From assembly GCA_964436765.1 (NCBI GenBank), contig CAYTEH010000004.1, positions 9,910 through 68,663 of the forward strand: a DNA stretch of 58,754 bases, in the 5' to 3' direction. The translations under genes and the position numbers were made by a program. Under the pieces are notes generated by a model that saw nothing but the letters and a program-made list of their open reading frames with translations, had not been told where the DNA came from and ran no database searches. This stretch comes from an uncultured Candidatus Peribacteria bacterium (lineage in GTDB: Bacteria; Patescibacteriota; Gracilibacteria; Peribacterales; Peribacteraceae). Numbering within the stretch: the first letter of the stretch is position 1; each line of letters begins with the position of its first letter. This document shows, one piece after another, positions 54,970-58,754 of the stretch.

Positions 54970-55047
54970 TGGTGCGCCCGGCAGGATTTGAACCTACGAC
55001 TTCCAGATCCGCAATCTGGCGTTCTATCCGGGCTGAACTACGGGCGC
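54970..55047 (-). tRNA. tRNA-Arg (anticodon GCG), CCA encoded
   Basis: GCGCCCG TA GTTC AGCCCGGATA GAAC G CCAGA TTGCGGA TCTGG AAGTC GTAGG TTCAAAT CCTGC CGGGCGC ACCA. Confidence 0.93.
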
Positions 55048-55155
55048 ACGTTATGAAGAGAAAGATCGAGTGGGCCCTTTGCGTGCAAGAAGCCCGAAGG
55101 GCTGCCTGCATCGCCGTAGCCCCGAAGGGCGAAGGCGAGAACTACGGGCGCACGT
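55035..55155. repeat. 17-nt perfect direct repeat duplicating the 5' end of tRNA-Arg plus 4 upstream nt
   Basis: gaactacgggcgcacgt occurs at 55035-55051 and 55139-55155, a spacing of 104 bp. Confidence 0.85.
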
Positions 55156-55280
55156 GCAAAAAAAGAGCGGCCGGGAAAAGGTACCAGAATAGAGCCTTAT
55201 GGGCCAGAGCTAATGGAAAGTCTCTTGATCTTGGCCCTGGAGGCATTTGAACCCTATACTGGCCGTATCCCCCACCTCCT

Positions 55281-55730
55281 ATGCACGTCGCCTTCCTCCT
55301 CGGCTCCAAGACGGACACGGAATTCGCCCAGAAGATCGCCGATATGCTGACGGAGTACGGAGTGCCCTCGGAGATTATCGTGGCCTCCGCGCATAAAGTC
55401 CCCGAGAAAGTGATCCAGGAGATCGACAAGCTCAACGCGCGGAAGGACCCGACGGTGGTCATCACGGTCGTGGGCATGAGCAACGGTCTCGGCGGAGTCA
55501 CGGCCGGCTCGTGCGTGCACCCGGTCATCAACTGCCCGCCGTACAAGGATCTGACGGAGTACCTGGTGGATATTCACTCGAATCTGCGGATGCCCAGTGA
55601 TGTGCCCGTGATGACGGTGATGCACCCGAAGAACGCGGCGCTCTGCGCGCTCCGGATCCTCGGCGAAAGTGATGCCGCGCTCAAGGCGAAGCTGATGAAG
55701 AGGATTGAGAAGATCAAGGCCGAGTATTAA
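55281..55730 (+). CDS. purE: PurE-family protein (AIR carboxylase / N5-CAIR mutase fold)
   Basis: LLGSKTD, VASAHKVPEK (the SAHR/K-xP motif), GMSNGLGGVTAG and MPSDVPVMTV. Confidence 0.75.
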   Translation: MHVAFLLGSKTDTEFAQKIADMLTEYGVPSEIIVASAHKVPEKVIQEIDKLNARKDPTVVITVVGMSNGLGGVTAGSCVHPVINCPPYKDLTEYLVDIHSNLRMPSDVPVMTVMHPKNAALCALRILGESDAALKAKLMKRIEKIKAEY

Positions 55731-55734
55731 ATAA

Positions 55735-55808
55735 GGGTTAGGGGCTTGGGTTAGGGTTAGGACTGAGATTTTTTAAGATACCTGGCCCCAACCCTAGCCC
55801 CAACCCTA
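55735..55808. repeat. Telomere-like G-tract inverted repeat (family A, copy 4)
   Basis: gggttaggggcttgggttagggttagg ... ccccaaccctagccccaaccct. Confidence 0.75.
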
Positions 55809-55818
55809 TACTCGCCGC

Positions 55819-56376
55819 ATGACATTGACCCTCGACACCCTCCGCGAACAAATCAAGGATTGGAAAGGCTGCGAGCTCTACAAGACCGCCACGCAGCCGG
55901 TGCTGGGCGAAGGGAGCCCCACAGCCGAGGTGATGTTCATTGGCGAGGCGCCCGGGGAGCAGGAAGATAAGCAGGGCAGGCCCTTTGTGGGCGCCGCCGG
56001 CAAGTTTTTGGACGAGCTGCTTGGCACCATCGGCCTCAGCCGCGAGAGCGTCTACATCAGCAACGTGGTCAAGTTCCGCCCGCCCGAGAACCGCGAACCC
56101 ACTCCGCTGGAGAAAGAGCAGTGCATGCCGTGGCTGATGATGGAGATCGCCATCATCAAACCGAAGGTGATCGTGCCGCTGGGGCGCCACGCGCTGGGGC
56201 ACTTCTTTACGAAACTCACCATCACCGAGGGGCACGGGAAGCCGCAAAAGCTCACGGACGTCGTCACGGTATTCCCCATCTACCACCCCGCCGCGGCGCT
56301 ACATAACGGCGGATTGAGGCAGGCGCTCTACGATGACTTTAAGGCGCTGGGGGAATTTCTCAAGTCACGCAAGTAA
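55819..56376 (+). CDS. Uracil-DNA glycosylase, family 4
   Basis: FIGEAPGEQEDKQGRPFVGAAGKFL and YHPAA are family-4 UDG motifs. Confidence 0.88.
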   Translation: MTLTLDTLREQIKDWKGCELYKTATQPVLGEGSPTAEVMFIGEAPGEQEDKQGRPFVGAAGKFLDELLGTIGLSRESVYISNVVKFRPPENREPTPLEKEQCMPWLMMEIAIIKPKVIVPLGRHALGHFFTKLTITEGHGKPQKLTDVVTVFPIYHPAAALHNGGLRQALYDDFKALGEFLKSRK

Positions 56377-56478
56377 TCGCAGAAAGGAGCCAGAGAGTAA
56401 AAAACCAGAGACCAGAATGGAATTGGGTTTCTTTTTTCTGGAATTTTTCCCAGACCACCTCATGTACAATCCCCTACC

Positions 56479-56841
56479 GTGACTTCCCTCTTATTCGGAA
56501 TCAGCGTATCAGCTCTCCTTTCAGTCACCTCCCTCCTGGTGGTCCTCTTCCGCGTGAGTCCGTTGAGCGCGCCCGGCCAGGCCATCCCTGCGTTTTTCGT
56601 CAGCCTGTTTCTGAGCGTCGCATCGGTCGGAACCCTGCTCTTCCTGTCCATCTGGAAATTCCTCCCCATCCACTCGTGGGATCTGGCCAAGATGATCGGC
56701 ATCTCGCTGCGGCAAGGCATTCTATTGGGATTAGGAACTGTCTTCCTCGTCTTCTTCCATTTGCTGGGCATTCTCACGTGGTGGGTGGCGATTTTGATCT
56801 ACGGGGTGTTTGTGCTGATTGAGTTGGCGTTGCATTCCTGA
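56479..56841 (+). CDS. Small integral membrane protein (4 TM), hypothetical
   Basis: The ORF has a GTG start and is hydrophobic throughout. Confidence 0.5.
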   Translation: MTSLLFGISVSALLSVTSLLVVLFRVSPLSAPGQAIPAFFVSLFLSVASVGTLLFLSIWKFLPIHSWDLAKMIGISLRQGILLGLGTVFLVFFHLLGILTWWVAILIYGVFVLIELALHS

Positions 56842-56917
56842 GCGATTGTCAGTTGGTCCGATGGCCGGTTGACCATCTGGCCATCCGGCCATCCGGCACT
56901 GTACTATTCCTGCATCC

Positions 56918-57937
56918 ATGTCCGACCTCTCTGCCTACCCGGCAAAAATCGCTGCCGCCGCCTCTGCCGCCGAACTCGAGGCCATCGAACTCGAACTCTT
57001 CAGCCGCAAGCACGGCGCGCTCACGATGGCCATGAAGGACCTGGGCAGCCTGCCGCAGGACCAGAAGATCGCAAAAGGCCGGGAACTGAACGAGCAGAAG
57101 AAGGCGCTGACCGAGGCGATCGAGGAGAAGAAGAGAGAACTTTCGCAGTCTTCGCTCAAAACCCTCGCGTCCACGGACCGGCTGGACGTCACCCTCAATC
57201 TCCCGGAGGCCGAGCGCGGACACCTGCACCTGATCCCTCAGTTCATACGGCAAGTGGAAGAGGTCTTCGGCCGCATGGGGTTCGAAACCGTCGAGGGCCC
57301 GGAGATCGAATCGGAGGAAAACAATTTCAACCTGCTGAACATCCCCGAAACGCACCCCGCGCGCGACGGCCAGGACACTTTCTGGCTGAAGGGGTACGAC
57401 ACCGAAAAGGATCCCACGAAGCGGATGCTCCTGCGCACGCAGACGTCGCCGGTGCAGGTGCGCTTTATGCAGTCGCGCAAGCCCCCCTTCCGCATGATCT
57501 GCCCGGGACGCGTGTACCGCAAAGACTCCGATGCCACGCACTCGCCCATGTTCCACCAGTTCGAGGGGCTCATGATCGGCAAGGACGTCTCGCTCAGCAA
57601 CCTGAAAGCCGTGCTCATCACCGCGCTGACGGAATTGATCGGCCGTCAGGTGGAATTCCGCTTCCGCACGGGCTTCTTCCCGTTCGTGGAACCGGGCCTG
57701 GAGATGGACATGATGTGGCAGGGCGACCTGAGCAAGAGCCGCGAGGGCCGCTGGCTCGAGATGGGCGGCTGCGGCATGGTGCACCCGAACGTCCTTAAAA
57801 ACTGCGGCATCGACCCCGACGAGTGGCAGGGCTTCGCGTTCGGCTTCGGTGTGGAGCGACCGCTCATGATCCGCCACCAGATCCCGGACCTTCGCAGTTT
57901 CTATCAGGGCGATCTTAGGTTCTTGAAGCAGTTCTGA
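56918..57937 (+). CDS. pheS: Phenylalanine-tRNA ligase alpha subunit
   Basis: HPARD, LLRTQTSPVQ, GRVYRKDS.DATHSPMFHQFEGL and GCGMVHPNVL are the class II motifs. Confidence 0.95.
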   Translation: MSDLSAYPAKIAAAASAAELEAIELELFSRKHGALTMAMKDLGSLPQDQKIAKGRELNEQKKALTEAIEEKKRELSQSSLKTLASTDRLDVTLNLPEAERGHLHLIPQFIRQVEEVFGRMGFETVEGPEIESEENNFNLLNIPETHPARDGQDTFWLKGYDTEKDPTKRMLLRTQTSPVQVRFMQSRKPPFRMICPGRVYRKDSDATHSPMFHQFEGLMIGKDVSLSNLKAVLITALTELIGRQVEFRFRTGFFPFVEPGLEMDMMWQGDLSKSREGRWLEMGGCGMVHPNVLKNCGIDPDEWQGFAFGFGVERPLMIRHQIPDLRSFYQGDLRFLKQF

Positions 57938-57940
57938 CCC

Positions 57941-58510
57941 TTACGGGAGAATCGATTCCAATTCCACGCTGTTCCACTGCATGGGAACGGCCTCGTGGCG
58001 CTGCCGCTCAAGCAAAGCATCCAGCTTTGCAAGATCGGCTTGTGACAGGAGAGGATTCTCCATCACGAGCAATTCACGGGCAATCTCGCCATTCACGTAG
58101 GCTGCCGCCTTCTTCAGCGTCTTCTGCCTGGGAGTTGCCTCTGCAATGACTTCAGCATGTTCCTCCGGAAAGAGAGGCTCCGGCTCCACCGCATGAACAC
58201 CGTGTGCATGAAAGGCATCATCAATATGATGCGGTTCCACCAGATGTTCAAAGTGGATAGCATGTCCGACGCCGTGCCCGCCCACCTCGTGACCACCACC
58301 GTGTGACGCATGAATGAGCTCATCAAGATTTTTAGCCGTCTCCCCTGCCTGGTGTTGCACAACCTTCTGCTCAATAGGAGTAGGAGTCTCCACATGACGT
58401 ACATGAATCATATCCGGCGCACCCGATGGGAGAATCCTGTCCTCGAGACCCTCGCCTTCCAATTTGACGTTTCTGGGCTTCATTGAAGATATGTGAAGAT
58501 GGTTACGCAA
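57941..58510 (-). CDS. His-rich hypothetical protein
   Basis: HASHGGGHEVGGHGVGHAIHFEHLVEPHHIDDAFHAHGVHAV. The start may be the TTG at 58510 or the ATG at 58483. Confidence 0.5.
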   Translation of the reverse strand: MRNHLHISSMKPRNVKLEGEGLEDRILPSGAPDMIHVRHVETPTPIEQKVVQHQAGETAKNLDELIHASHGGGHEVGGHGVGHAIHFEHLVEPHHIDDAFHAHGVHAVEPEPLFPEEHAEVIAEATPRQKTLKKAAAYVNGEIARELLVMENPLLSQADLAKLDALLERQRHEAVPMQWNSVELESILP

Positions 58511-58600
58511 TTATAAAATATAGTATATATTGTGTCAAGTTTCAACAAACCAGATCATAGTCCCAATAAGTGGCTTCTAGTAAGGATTTTTACTGTACGA

Positions 58601-58639
58601 AGACAAAAGAGGTCCGGCGCGTACTGCTGCTCGGACCTC
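58601..58639 (-). terminator. Intrinsic terminator of the right-edge minus-strand gene
   Basis: The minus strand carries the stem gaggtccg/cggacctc followed by cttttgt. Confidence 0.55.
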
Positions 58640-58655
58640 CTGGGTCTATATCGTT

Positions 58656-58754
58656 ACTAGAACGTGTAGTTATTGAAGTTGTCAGCCGATTCAACACGTG
58701 GCTTATAGGCCTTCCCGACATTCGGCTTACTCACCTTTGGCAGCTGAACCTGCA
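58656..58754 (-). CDS. 3' end of a gene that starts beyond the right edge (only the last 32 codons are visible)
   Basis: The open minus frame ...QVQLPKVSKPNVGKAYKPRVESADNFNNYTF* is followed by a terminator. It is not in the track because it has no start in the window. Confidence 0.3.

Noticed and set aside
56849-57877. 342-aa minus-strand ORF and the 309-aa plus ORF 56869..57798
   Set aside because: One is off-frame and the other antisense to pheS, whose class II synthetase motifs are clear in frame 56918..57937.

Overview
This is a 58.75-kb bacterial window. G+C is high (spot counts about 58-60%), the gene set looks streamlined, and Shine-Dalgarno sequences are almost absent. My inference, untested here, is an uncultivated CPR/Patescibacteria-like lineage. 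The standard genetic code applies, since TGA, TAA and TAG all end well-recognised genes.

Recognisable housekeeping genes are purN, carA, rny, a mutY-like gene, an ABC exporter, tuf, rpsJ, rnc, nusB, folP, glgP, a PMM/PGM gene, an asparaginase, gmk, a purE-family gene, a family-4 UDG, pheS, tRNA-Ala(GGC) and tRNA-Arg(GCG).

Three blocks stand out:
1. **Giant surface protein (1-4933, minus strand).** It has more than 1,640 aa of Cys-rich repeats and Ig-like repeats. The ORF track omits it because it runs off the left edge of the window.
2. **Accessory block (9.6-25.9 kb, minus strand).** It holds a lamin-tail-domain/SNase surface nuclease and a four-gene operon of large proteins (484, 676, 830 and 1219 aa) with no recognisable domains and no signal peptides. 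It also holds a Gly/Tyr/Asn/Met-rich prion-like protein with a small partner. Two of these proteins share an N-terminal WS[AT]REARL motif. This block is my best candidate for an undescribed system.
3. **Low-GC island (about 48.7-54.8 kb).** It carries a tyrosine recombinase and a large serine recombinase, and it abuts tRNA-Ala.

Other notable items:
- A roughly 360-nt structured ncRNA of unresolved class, with its own promoter and terminator (about 47.1-47.5 kb).
- Families of intergenic hairpins, including telomere-like GGGTTAGGG arms.
- An in-frame palindromic insertion in carA.
- A recurrent leaderless-type promoter/ATG arrangement.

All calls rest on reading the sequence and on remembered family motifs. 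No database search was run.
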